Below are positions 19,300 to 27,374 of a DNA stretch of 64,000 nucleotides, one piece after another. This DNA is from Verrucomicrobiota bacterium. GTDB taxonomy: Bacteria; Verrucomicrobiota; Verrucomicrobiia; Limisphaerales; UBA8199. How positions within the stretch are numbered: position 1 is the stretch's first letter; the number at the start of each line of letters is the position of its first letter. A model generated the notes under the pieces. It ran no database searches and had not been told where the DNA came from. It saw only the letters and a program-made list of their open reading frames with translations. The stretch lies in the NCBI GenBank assembly GCA_003176045.1, contig PSRM01000108.1, forward strand, positions 4,171 to 68,170, given 5' to 3'. A program made the position numbers and the translations under genes.

Positions 19300-19923
19300 T
19301 TACACTCCAAACAGCCTGTCCCCCGCATCACCCAGACCCGGCAAGATGTAGCCCTTGCTATTGAGCTTTTTGTCCACTGCCGCCGTGAAGATGGGCAGGG
19401 AAGGATAGTGCTGTCGAACGAGGCGGATGCCCTCTGGCGCGGCCACCAGATTGACCAGGCGCACTCGTTTGACGTCCAACTCCGTGAGCAAATCCATCGC
19501 CGCAACGGCGCTGCCGCCGGTAGCCAACATGGGGTCAATGAGGATTACCTCGAACCGGCTTAATTCGGGCGGCAGGCTCTTGTGATAAAAGGTGGCGCGC
19601 AGCGTAGTTTCTTCGCGTTTGAGGCCGATGAAGCCAACGCGAGCATGAGGGATGAGTTGGAGAATTGAGTCCAGCATGCCCAAACCGGCGCGGAGCACAG
19701 GCACAAGGACCACTTCGCGCTCGAGTTCAAAGCCGTTGGCCGGTGCGAGCGGTGTGCTGACTCGACGCGGGCGGACGGCAAACGAGCGCGTGGCCTCGTA
19801 AAGCATGAGCGCCGCCACTTCGCTGAGGACGCGGCGGAACTCCTGCGGCCCAGTGCGTTTGTCGCGCAGCCGAGTGAGGTTGTGCTGAACCAGGGGATGC
19901 TTGATTATGGTGATGCCTTTCAT
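19300..19923 (-). CDS. upp: Uracil phosphoribosyltransferase
   Basis: IKHPLVQHNLTRLRDKRT, PRPP loop ILIDPMLATGGSA, and C-terminal GYILPGLGDAGDRLFG. Confidence 0.92.
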   Translation of the reverse strand: MKGITIIKHPLVQHNLTRLRDKRTGPQEFRRVLSEVAALMLYEATRSFAVRPRRVSTPLAPANGFELEREVVLVPVLRAGLGMLDSILQLIPHARVGFIGLKREETTLRATFYHKSLPPELSRFEVILIDPMLATGGSAVAAMDLLTELDVKRVRLVNLVAAPEGIRLVRQHYPSLPIFTAAVDKKLNSKGYILPGLGDAGDRLFGV

Positions 19924-19930
19924 CTGAAAT

Positions 19931-20011
19931 CGTCATCGTCCTCGTCCTCGTCCTCGTCCTCGATTCTCCCGCCTATTCGAGGACGAGAACGAGGACGAGG
20001 ACGAGGACGAG
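19931..20011. repeat. Inverted pair of 6-nt tandem arrays (cgtcct)n / (aggacg)n forming a long hairpin
   Basis: Left arm 19931..19962, loop attctcccgcctatt, right arm 19978..20011. It fills the sppA-upp spacer. Confidence 0.9.
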
Positions 20012-20017
20012 TAGGAA

Positions 20018-21202
20018 TTACTGCACGAACAGAGGGCAAAGGAAATAGGGCTGGCCGGCTTTCAGCTTTGGCACGTCCAGGCCCACATCAATCTTCAGGG
20101 TTTTCGCGTCTGCTTTGCCGGAAAGTTTCAAAAGATCTGCCAGGCCGTAGCGCTCCTGGTATTCGACGAGTCTTGGTTTTTCCGTGGCTGGAATGCCCGC
20201 GATGGTTTTTGCCCGCTCGACGGCTTTTTCGAGACCGCCCAACTCGTCCACAAATCCCAGGTCGTGCGCTTCGGTCCCCGAGAGCACACGGCCGTCAGCA
20301 TAATCTGTCCAGTTCGAATTCAGGGCGACGCCTTCGGTCTTGTTTTTGTCGTGTGCGCGATCGCGTCCTTTTTGGACGACATCTTTGAATTTGCCGTAGG
20401 TTTGATCAATGAGCTTTTGGACCATGTCCTTCTCTTCCTGGGTGATGGAATCGGGCTCGCGCGCACCGCTGAGCATGTCCTTATATTTGCCGCTCTTGAA
20501 AGTTTGCGGCAGCAAGCCCACCTTGTCGGCCAGGGTGCGATAATTCCACGTTCTCATTATGACCCCGATGCTGCCGGTGATGGTCATATCATTGGCCACA
20601 ATCCAGCGGCATGGCGCCGACACATAGTATCCGCCCGAGGCAGCCAGATTGCCCATCGAGGCAATGACGGCCTTGCCCGTGCGATCTTGAAATTTGGCGA
20701 TGGCATCATTGATCTCGTCGGACGCCAGCACTTCGCCGCCAGGGGAATCCACTTTCAGGATCACGGCCTTCACTCGGGAATCTTCCTCGGCGCGTTTTAG
20801 TTGGGCCCGGATAACCTCGACCATGCTGTATCCTCCGGTGTCACGAAGTTCGCCCATGATGATGCCTTCGACTTTGACGACGGCAATTTTGTCGCTGCCC
20901 TCGTTGTCCTCGACAATCATCTCTTGAAGCTTGGGTCCGGCAGTGTGCGAATAAGCGCTGGTGCTACCTCTAAGGAAAATACGCGCGATCGTTCCGATAT
21001 TCAGGAACATGCTCATAACCAGCAGCACCAGCAAAATGATGGCAAACACCATCCAGCCTCGGCCCTTGCGGGGCGCAGGCGAGGCCACTGGCGCCACAAT
21101 CACTGGAGGTGGTGGTAAGGCGGGTGGAGGCGGCGGTGCAGGCGGTGGCGGCGCGGATGAGGGTGGCGCATTGTCTTCCATAATTGGGGCACCATAGCTC
21201 AA
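20018..21202 (-). CDS. sppA: Signal peptide peptidase SppA (36K type)
   Basis: Pro-rich N-terminus, one TM, then IAVVKVEGIIMG and ASMGNLAASGGYYVSAPC (catalytic Ser region). Confidence 0.85.
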   Translation of the reverse strand: MSYGAPIMEDNAPPSSAPPPPAPPPPPALPPPPVIVAPVASPAPRKGRGWMVFAIILLVLLVMSMFLNIGTIARIFLRGSTSAYSHTAGPKLQEMIVEDNEGSDKIAVVKVEGIIMGELRDTGGYSMVEVIRAQLKRAEEDSRVKAVILKVDSPGGEVLASDEINDAIAKFQDRTGKAVIASMGNLAASGGYYVSAPCRWIVANDMTITGSIGVIMRTWNYRTLADKVGLLPQTFKSGKYKDMLSGAREPDSITQEEKDMVQKLIDQTYGKFKDVVQKGRDRAHDKNKTEGVALNSNWTDYADGRVLSGTEAHDLGFVDELGGLEKAVERAKTIAGIPATEKPRLVEYQERYGLADLLKLSGKADAKTLKIDVGLDVPKLKAGQPYFLCPLFVQ

Positions 21203-21237
21203 AGGGGCAGCAGGGGCAAGCGGCGTACCTCCCTAAC

Positions 21238-21424
21238 TTAATCGCAAACCTAATCGCAAACTTAGTCGACTTATTTAAGTCCAAAGTCCAAAGTCCAATG
21301 TCCAAAGTCCAAAGTCCTTCGCCAAGCTCGCAACCGGGCCATTACCAGAGCACTTTGTCTTTCACTTTGTCTTTCACTTTGTCCTCCGAGTCTCAAATTA
21401 GTCGAGCATTGAGCATTGAGCATT
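21238..21424. repeat. Cluster of four tandem arrays (12-, 7-, 12- and 7-nt units)
   Basis: (taatcgcaaac)x2 at 21238-21264; (aagtcca)x6 at 21277-21318; (cactttgtcttt)x2.8 at 21351-21384; (gagcatt)x3 at 21404-21424. Confidence 0.9.
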
Positions 21425-21457
21425 TGCTATCATTTACGAACTCCCCGCAATCCGCAC

Positions 21458-22213
21458 TTACTTAAGCAGCGGCTCGACCGAGCGCCAGATGGATGCGTGC
21501 ATCTGTTGCACGTCGGCGCTGGCGTCAATTACTTTGACTCGTTCAGGCTCCGCGGCGGCGATGGCTTCATAGCCGTGAGCCACTCGAGCAAAGAACTCCC
21601 GGTCGGCTTCTTCAATGCGGTCGCGGATGAACGGCAGGGTGGCCTGGCGAGTGCGCAGGCGCTCCTGGCTCAGTTCGTGCGGGACGCGGAAAAAGAATGT
21701 GAGCGCCGGGCGCGTGTCGCCGACGGCAACATCCACGATCGTCTTGACCATGGCCAGATCCAACTGGCGACCATACCCTTGATAAGCCGTTGTGGAGTCA
21801 TAATAGCGATCGCACAGGACGATGTCTCCGCGGGCCAGGGCGGGGCGGATCAGTTCGCGGACCAATTGGGCGCGGCTGGCGTTCATCAGGAGCAGCTCCG
21901 TCTCTGCCTGCATGGCGGCGTTGTCTTTGCTGTGTTTGAGTGTGTGCCGGATTTCCTCGCCGATCAATGTTCCCCCCGGCTCGCGCGTGGTGGTCACGCC
22001 GCGGCCTAGCGAGCGCAAGCGTTCGGCCAGCAACGACACCTGGGTGGATTTGCCGCTGCCTTCACCGCCTTCGAAGGTGATTAACAAGCCGGAGCGCAAG
22101 GGTTTAGGGTTCAGGGCGAAAAGAAGACGAACTTTGAACCTTGAACTTTGAACCTCGAACCTTGAACGGGAAAACTGCGCTTCGCGCGACTCGGCTCCGA
22201 GCGTGAGATTCAA
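21458..22213 (-). CDS. tmk: Thymidylate kinase (real start probably near 22099, TTG)
   Basis: LITFEGGEGSGKSTQ P-loop and DRYYDST. The first ~40 codons of the ORF-track model only translate the (ggttcaa) arrays. Confidence 0.88.
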   Translation of the reverse strand: MNLTLGAESREAQFSRSRFEVQSSRFKVRLLFALNPKPLRSGLLITFEGGEGSGKSTQVSLLAERLRSLGRGVTTTREPGGTLIGEEIRHTLKHSKDNAAMQAETELLLMNASRAQLVRELIRPALARGDIVLCDRYYDSTTAYQGYGRQLDLAMVKTIVDVAVGDTRPALTFFFRVPHELSQERLRTRQATLPFIRDRIEEADREFFARVAHGYEAIAAAEPERVKVIDASADVQQMHASIWRSVEPLLK

Positions 22214-22245
22214 AGTTCAAGGTTCGAGGTTCAAGGTTCAAGGTT
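22129..22245. repeat. Inverted pair of 7-nt arrays (ttgaacc)n / (ggttcaa)n
   Basis: Arms at 22129..22167 and 22209..22245 are complementary with about one mismatch over ~28 nt. The loop is ~41 nt. Confidence 0.9.
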
Positions 22246-22253
22246 TGTCTTTT

Positions 22254-23708
22254 TTATCCTCGTTTCAGCCGCGGGCCTTTGGGGGTGTCCTCGATCAGCC
22301 ATCCTTTTGATTTTAGTTCGTCGCGGATGGCATCGCTGCGTTTGAAATCTTTGGCCTTTCGTGCTGCCTGACGCGCCTCGAGCAAAGCATTTATTTCCGC
22401 AGGCGCCTCGGCCTCCGGCGGCTTGGCAATTCCAAGGACCGAATTGACTTGCTCCCAGGTGTCGAGCGCGGCAGCGGCTTCTGGGGGACTCATGGACCCC
22501 TGGGCGAGTTTGATGTTGGTTTCCTTTACCCATTCGAATACGACTCCCCAAGCGCCGGAGACATTCAGGTCGTTGTCGAGTGCTTCGGTGAAATCCTTTA
22601 GTAACGGGGCGGGGACGGCTTCGTCCCCGGCTTTTCTGTTTCCGCCAGGAGAAACCGGGGACGAGGCCGTCCCCGCCCCTTCACGCAATCTGGCTAAACA
22701 CTCATCCAACCGCGCTAGAGCGGCCTTTGCAGACTCCAGGCCTCCAAGGGTAAAGTTAAACGTCTCGCGGTAATGAGCGGTGAGGAGCAGATAGCGGATC
22801 TCACGTCCTGAAAAGCCTTTGGCCAGCAGGTCGCGGAGGGTGAAAAAGTTGCCGAGCGATTTGCTCATTTTTCTGCCTTCGACCAGGAGGTGCGCGCCAT
22901 GCACCCAAAATTTCACGAAAGGCCTGCCGGCGCCCTGCAGGCCAGCGCCTTCGCTTTGGGCAATTTCATCCTCGTGATGCGGGAACATCAGGTCCTCACC
23001 CCCGAGATGGAGGTCAAAGCTGGGGCCGAGCAGTTTCATGCTCATGGCGCTGCACTCGATGTGCCATCCGGGTCTGCCCTCACCCCACGGACTGGGCCAA
23101 AAGACTGCGCCATCCTCGGGCACACGCGCTTTCCAGAGAGCGAAATCGGCCACGGCCTCCTTCTCATACTCATCGCTGGCAACGCGCTCAGTGGCGCGCA
23201 TTTCATCAAAGTTAAGCTTCACAAGCTGGCCGTAGTGCCCGCCGGCCTCCCGGTACTTTGCGATGCTGAAATAGACCGAGCCATCGGGCACGCGGTAGGC
23301 CAGCCCGTTTTTCATCAGCTTCTCGATCAGCGAGATAATGTCCGGGATGTACTGGGTGGCGCGGGGCAGGTGATGAGGCCTCAGAAAGTTAAGAGCTTCC
23401 ATGTCTTCGAAGAACGCCTGTTCAAACTTGCCCGTGAATTCGGCCAGGGAGGTCTTCGTCTCAGCCATGCGTTTGATGATCTTATCGTCCACGTCCGTGA
23501 TATTCATCACGTGCTGGACCTTGAACCCTTTAAATTCGAGGACTCGCCGGACAAGATCGCCAAAGATGAATGTGCGCCAATTGCCGATATGCGCGAAGTC
23601 ATAGACGGTGGGCCCGCAACAGTACATGCCCACCTTGCCGACAGACGAATCGAGCGGCTCGAACTCCTGGATCGAGCGTGTCAGCGTGTTAAATAGTTTC
23701 AGAGCCAT
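22254..23708 (-). CDS. cysS: Cysteine--tRNA ligase
   Basis: CGPTVYDFAHIGNWRT (HIGH region), KMSKSLGN, full-length class I architecture. Confidence 0.93.
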   Translation of the reverse strand: MALKLFNTLTRSIQEFEPLDSSVGKVGMYCCGPTVYDFAHIGNWRTFIFGDLVRRVLEFKGFKVQHVMNITDVDDKIIKRMAETKTSLAEFTGKFEQAFFEDMEALNFLRPHHLPRATQYIPDIISLIEKLMKNGLAYRVPDGSVYFSIAKYREAGGHYGQLVKLNFDEMRATERVASDEYEKEAVADFALWKARVPEDGAVFWPSPWGEGRPGWHIECSAMSMKLLGPSFDLHLGGEDLMFPHHEDEIAQSEGAGLQGAGRPFVKFWVHGAHLLVEGRKMSKSLGNFFTLRDLLAKGFSGREIRYLLLTAHYRETFNFTLGGLESAKAALARLDECLARLREGAGTASSPVSPGGNRKAGDEAVPAPLLKDFTEALDNDLNVSGAWGVVFEWVKETNIKLAQGSMSPPEAAAALDTWEQVNSVLGIAKPPEAEAPAEINALLEARQAARKAKDFKRSDAIRDELKSKGWLIEDTPKGPRLKRG

Positions 23709-23780
23709 ATCAGAACGGCGTGCAGGGTAAAAAGAACCGCACGGAACGCAATCGCGCAGTTTTTCTCGTTCCTTTTCCCT

Positions 23781-23862
23781 GGCAGAATCTCATTAACACC
23801 TGGCTTCAGCCAGGTGTAGCTCGGTGTGGAAACCTGCATAAACTGTTTTCAACAGTTTATGC
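23781..23862. repeat. Dispersed double-hairpin repeat (cacctggcttcagccaggtg + gcataaactgttttcaacagtttatgc)
   Basis: A reverse-complement copy lies at 27248..27327. Confidence 0.85.
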
Positions 23863-24196
23863 TCCGCTGCCGTAATTGGCTTATTGCCAGTTCCTTGAGC
23901 GGAAGTACTCCTGCCGCCGAGGCGGGAGATCATCCATGGAGGTCGGGCAATCCTTGAGCACCTCCAGCCAGTCAGTCCTTTGGATTGCTGCATTAGACTT
24001 CGCTGGGAAGCGGCCGCGAGACTGAGAACGCTTATCGCGAACTGTGGCCTTGAGCCGCTGCTTGCTACGTTCACTGTTATTCCGTTTTCTCACAAATTCG
24101 AATTTACTAAAAATTGAGCCACGATCCAGACAGGATTGAAGTCCCGGCCGCCGGCGCGGAGGGGACGAGGGTGGACAACGCGCTGCGCCCAAGCCT

Positions 24197-24256
24197 GGAG
24201 CGCCCAACTCTGTTGGGCGCGAATCCGTCCCTCGCCCAACAGAGTTGGGCGCTCCA
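24197..24256. repeat. Perfect palindromic repeat (ggagcgcccaactctgttgggcg arms)
   Basis: 23-nt arms separated by cgaatccgtccct. A related copy lies at 48351..48437. Confidence 0.85.
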
Positions 24257-24261
24257 TGAAT

Positions 24262-25554
24262 TCAGGGCAGCAACAGTATTTCCGGCCGCAATCTTCCGAC
24301 GAACTGGTGTGGCAGGGCCGGGTCAATGGAGCCGGGGACGAAAGCCTCGGGGGCGACGTGGCCGTCGCAGAAAAGGACGGTGGCTTTTTGGATATGGCGG
24401 AAGTGGGCGTTGGGCGGCTTGATGGTGTTGTCCACGTAATAGAATTCTTCGATCATTGGGTTGGTCGGAGAGGCCGGGGGCTGGAAGGTGTTAATTTGAG
24501 CGGCGTCGGCGAAAAGAGTGATTTGAGAAGTCCGTGTGACCCTCGCGATTTTAATAGCGAGACCATTATTGGTGCCGGAGAGGTAGAGGTTGTAACCGTA
24601 ACCGTAGGAGGCGCCGGTGGCCTTTAGCTTGAATTGCGGCGAGACGTAATCAAAGGAGGGACATAGCTCAACGCCGCGGCCCTTCAAGTATTGGTACAGC
24701 GCTCCAGCAGTGGCATCGAATTGGCGCTGGCCCTCGGCGCCGTCCGAGAGCCAGCCGAACCAGTAGAGCCGTCCTTTGTTTGTCGGCCAGCCGCCGTAGA
24801 GAAAACAGGCGCCGCTGTTGTCTTCCCAATAGAGATTTGCTGCCAGCCCGAGTTGATGGAGGTTGCTGGTGCATTTGATGCGTTGCGCGCGCAGTTTGGA
24901 GCGTGAAAGCGCGGGCAGCAGGAGGGCGGCGAGAACGCCGATGATGGCGATGACGACGAGGAGTTCGATTAACGTGAAAGCGTTGAAATGTTGAAACGTT
25001 AAAACGTTAAAACGTGAAACGTGAAACGTGAAACGTGAAACGTGAAACGTGGTGGGAGTTGCGGATACTGGATACTGGATACTGGATACTGGCTGCTGGA
25101 TGATGTGCCGCTCGAGGCTGCAGCTTTCTGCGAACCGCCGAATCCTTTCTCCACTACCGCAGGCATTTTCGGAATCCGGTTCGGCATAGTCCCGCAGGGA
25201 CGACAGAAAATAGCCCAGCGTTTCAACGCTGGGTTTGTTTCGCGATGTGGGATAAGTCCCGTCAGGGACGGCAGAAAAAAGGCTATTTCTGTCGTCCCTG
25301 CTGGACTCGGCGCCATTGCGACCTCGGTCCCAGCGTTCAAACGCTGGGCTATTTTCTTTCATCCCTACGGGATTCATAAAGTAGGATTTTCGCGGATTTG
25401 CGCAATGCGCGGATATTCGCGCCGAAATGGAATTCGGCGCTCCGAGCTTCCGCCCCTCGCCCTTCGCCCGCGCCCTCGTTTGCCGGTTGAACTTCATCAG
25501 GTCACTACTGGCGGTCCGCACGGATCCTGTAAAGGGCATTTCCTGGTGGCGCAT
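24262..25554 (-). CDS. Prepilin-type N-terminal methylation domain protein of the H-X9-DG (DUF1559-like) class; start codon unresolved
   Basis: [30 protein letters not shown] (codons at ~24900-24984) and C-terminal [17 protein letters not shown]. Everything upstream of ~24985 in the ORF translates tandem and dispersed repeats. Confidence 0.75.
   Translation of the reverse strand: MRHQEMPFTGSVRTASSDLMKFNRQTRARAKGEGRKLGAPNSISARISAHCANPRKSYFMNPVGMKENSPAFERWDRGRNGAESSRDDRNSLFSAVPDGTYPTSRNKPSVETLGYFLSSLRDYAEPDSENACGSGERIRRFAESCSLERHIIQQPVSSIQYPVSATPTTFHVSRFTFHVSRFNVLTFQHFNAFTLIELLVVIAIIGVLAALLLPALSRSKLRAQRIKCTSNLHQLGLAANLYWEDNSGACFLYGGWPTNKGRLYWFGWLSDGAEGQRQFDATAGALYQYLKGRGVELCPSFDYVSPQFKLKATGASYGYGYNLYLSGTNNGLAIKIARVTRTSQITLFADAAQINTFQPPASPTNPMIEEFYYVDNTIKPPNAHFRHIQKATVLFCDGHVAPEAFVPGSIDPALPHQFVGRLRPEILLLP
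24971..25092. repeat. Two adjacent 7-nt arrays: (acgtgaa) ~11 units (5.5 perfect, 25012-25050) and (gatactg)x4 (25064-25092)
   Basis: Read directly. Same unit family as 12444..12488, in the opposite orientation. Confidence 0.9.
25186..25375. repeat. Dispersed repeat family B (cccagcgtt[tc]aaacgctggg hairpins, gtcccgtcagggacg)
   Basis: Related copies lie at 32870..32970 and 55015..55195. Confidence 0.8.
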
Positions 25555-26485
25555 TGGTATCGGACAAAATCATCGAGCCCGTGATTCCCGGCGCCGCCGG
25601 CAAAATCGGCGTCCAGGAACGCAAATCCGCCGTGCGCTCGAGCGTGTAAAGCCAGTTGGTTTGCGCGGTGAATTGCGCGTGCCAGACGGTGTTGCTAAGG
25701 CTGCCGCTCATGTTTTGCACCGGCAAGTCGGTGACGAGTACATTATCAATCGTGCCTTTGGCCAGGATCGAGTCGCCGTAAGTGTCTCCGGCCGCCGAGT
25801 AGCTGCTCACGGCAAAGGTATCGAGTCTGAAATCCGCAGTTGGATTCGCGAAGGCCAACGGCATCGAGGTGTAACGCTGCCCGTTGGTGAGCACGTTGGA
25901 GTGGATATTCGTTTCGCCCGCATAATGGAGCAGTTGCACGCGGTAGGTCACGCCGAGGTTCATGGGCAGGTTGTCGTAAATAAAAAAGAAGCCGTTGCTG
26001 GCATCGGTGAGAGTCGCGGCAATGTTCGGTGTGCCTGCGCCGTCATCCGGAAAATAATCGAATTCAAGCAAGTCGGGACTGTTGCCCAGTGCGCGGGAGA
26101 AATTCGTGCTGGTCGCATCGGCCAAATTGAGAAGGCCGACGCTCACCTCATATACCCCAGTCCATTGAATGTCGCTCAACTGGATATCGAATTGGACCAG
26201 AAAGGCATCGTTGGTGGTGAGCGTCGCTGGGAGAGGATGATAGAAGTAGCTATTGGATTGAGAAGAATCCCAGGTGGCGCGGAGATTCTGGTTGGTGGAG
26301 TCCCATTGGAACAGGTTTGTGTTGCCGAAAGCTTTCCAGCCGCGCGTAGCCGGGTCTGAAGAGAAGTCGTCCTGGAATGTGGCGGCCACGGAAGACAGAG
26401 CGAACAAGAAGGTGGGGATTGCCAATTGCCAATTTCCAATTGCCAATTCCGCCAAGTTCGCGGGTTTTCGATTGAATTGTTGCAT
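25505..26485 (-). CDS. Exported protein with a C-terminal YRIR-tail module
   Basis: [38 protein letters not shown] signal peptide. C-terminus [18 protein letters not shown]...[12 protein letters not shown] resembles the tails of the two giant proteins. Confidence 0.7.
   Translation of the reverse strand: MQQFNRKPANLAELAIGNWQLAIPTFLFALSSVAATFQDDFSSDPATRGWKAFGNTNLFQWDSTNQNLRATWDSSQSNSYFYHPLPATLTTNDAFLVQFDIQLSDIQWTGVYEVSVGLLNLADATSTNFSRALGNSPDLLEFDYFPDDGAGTPNIAATLTDASNGFFFIYDNLPMNLGVTYRVQLLHYAGETNIHSNVLTNGQRYTSMPLAFANPTADFRLDTFAVSSYSAAGDTYGDSILAKGTIDNVLVTDLPVQNMSGSLSNTVWHAQFTAQTNWLYTLERTADLRSWTPILPAAPGITGSMILSDTNAPPGNALYRIRADRQ
26419..26450. repeat. 7-nt tandem array (ttgccaa) x4.5 inside the leader-coding region of 25505..26485
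   Basis: ttgccaa ttgccaa tttccaa ttgccaa ttcc, translated on the minus strand as [11 protein letters not shown]. Confidence 0.9.
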
Positions 26486-26568
26486 GACTGATCTTTCAAT
26501 TTTTGCACCGAATGTTTTCGGGGCAGGGTTTACGATTGAGAGACCAGAGACGGGGGGCGGAAGGGGTA

Positions 26569-26717
26569 AAAACGTTAAAAGGTTAAAAGGTTAAAACGTT
26601 GGAAATTGCTCGGCGCAGGCTTTTGGCCGCCTTTGTCTTTCACTTTGTCTTTCACTTTGTCTTTCAGGGTCGTAACTGAATTCGACAAAGTGAAAGACAA
26701 AGTGAAAGACAAAGTGG
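26569..26717. repeat. (ggttaaa)-type array plus an inverted pair of 12-nt arrays (cactttgtcttt)n / (aaagacaaagtg)n
   Basis: Array at 26569-26600. Arms at 26631-26667 and 26684-26717 with a ~16-nt loop. Confidence 0.9.
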
Positions 26718-27123
26718 CGCTGACCGCCACTTTAGCCTGGCCCAACAAAAAACCCTCATCCCCCGGCAAAACGGAGAATGAAGGCATTCAAGCGAATCCC
26801 AGCGCGCACTCGCGCGAGGGGCTGGCCTCATCCTTCTCTTTGACGGAGAAGTCGGTCGCGCTCGGAAGAGCGGACCGTGACGAGCACAACCAGACCGGTA
26901 TCCTGACTTGGGGCTTCGCCTCACTCCCGCCTTCCCGCTCCGTTTCTTCCATGAAGCGACGCAGCAGTGGCAGTGGGAGTTTGTAGCCCGTTACAGTGGC
27001 GCAACCGTCCTCGATTCTCACGAGGTTCCCTGACGCCTGGCTATGGTAAGAGATGGACCAAACGATCCATCGCTGTCAAAGAACGAGTGGAATCTACGAC
27101 GAAGCCAAGAACGAGACAACTGA

Positions 27124-27201
27124 AAAATCCGAAATCCGAAATCCGAAACCCGAAATCCGATGCTGACAGAAAGATTGCAGGATATAAAAATTTTTCTGTC
27201 A
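27124..27201. repeat. (aaatccg)x5 array followed by a ctgacagaaa...tttctgtcag hairpin
   Basis: Array at 27124-27160, hairpin at 27164-27201. The same hairpin word occurs at 33146..33196. Confidence 0.85.
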
Positions 27202-27247
27202 GTCTCGCCTTTTTGCTTTGCGCATAATGGTCAGTGGTGGCGGGAAA

Positions 27248-27327
27248 TCATAAACTGTTGAAACAGTTTATGCGGGTTTCAGGGGCGACTTCACCTGGCT
27301 GAAGCCAGGTGTTAATGAGATTCCGCC
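27248..27327. repeat. Dispersed double-hairpin repeat, inverted copy of 23781..23862
   Basis: cataaactgttgaaacagtttatgc ... cacctggctgaagccaggtgttaatgagattc. Confidence 0.85.
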
Positions 27328-27374
27328 AGGCCCGACCGATTACCTTTGCGTCTTGGCGTTAAAACTGGCTCACC

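Noticed and set aside
561-19538. Long N-terminal extensions in ORF-track models (561..1085, 17425..18168, 18165..19538; likewise 43855.., 52187.., 55594..).
   Set aside because: The conserved domain starts at an internal ATG in each case. The extensions overlap the upstream gene or repeats and look like off-frame sequence.
23793-25584. ORFs 23793..24074, 23881..24207, 24090..24326, 24114..24627, 24999..25340 and 25042..25584 as genes.
   Set aside because: They translate dispersed repeat elements and tandem arrays (the same peptides recur wherever the repeats recur), so they are non-coding repeat readouts.
26788-27021. Minus-strand 77-aa ORF (..GYKLPLPLLRRFMEETEREGG..) as a possible toxin-antitoxin fragment in the repeat-rich spacer.
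   Set aside because: No recognisable family motif, no partner ORF, no plausible start context. It lies among repeats.
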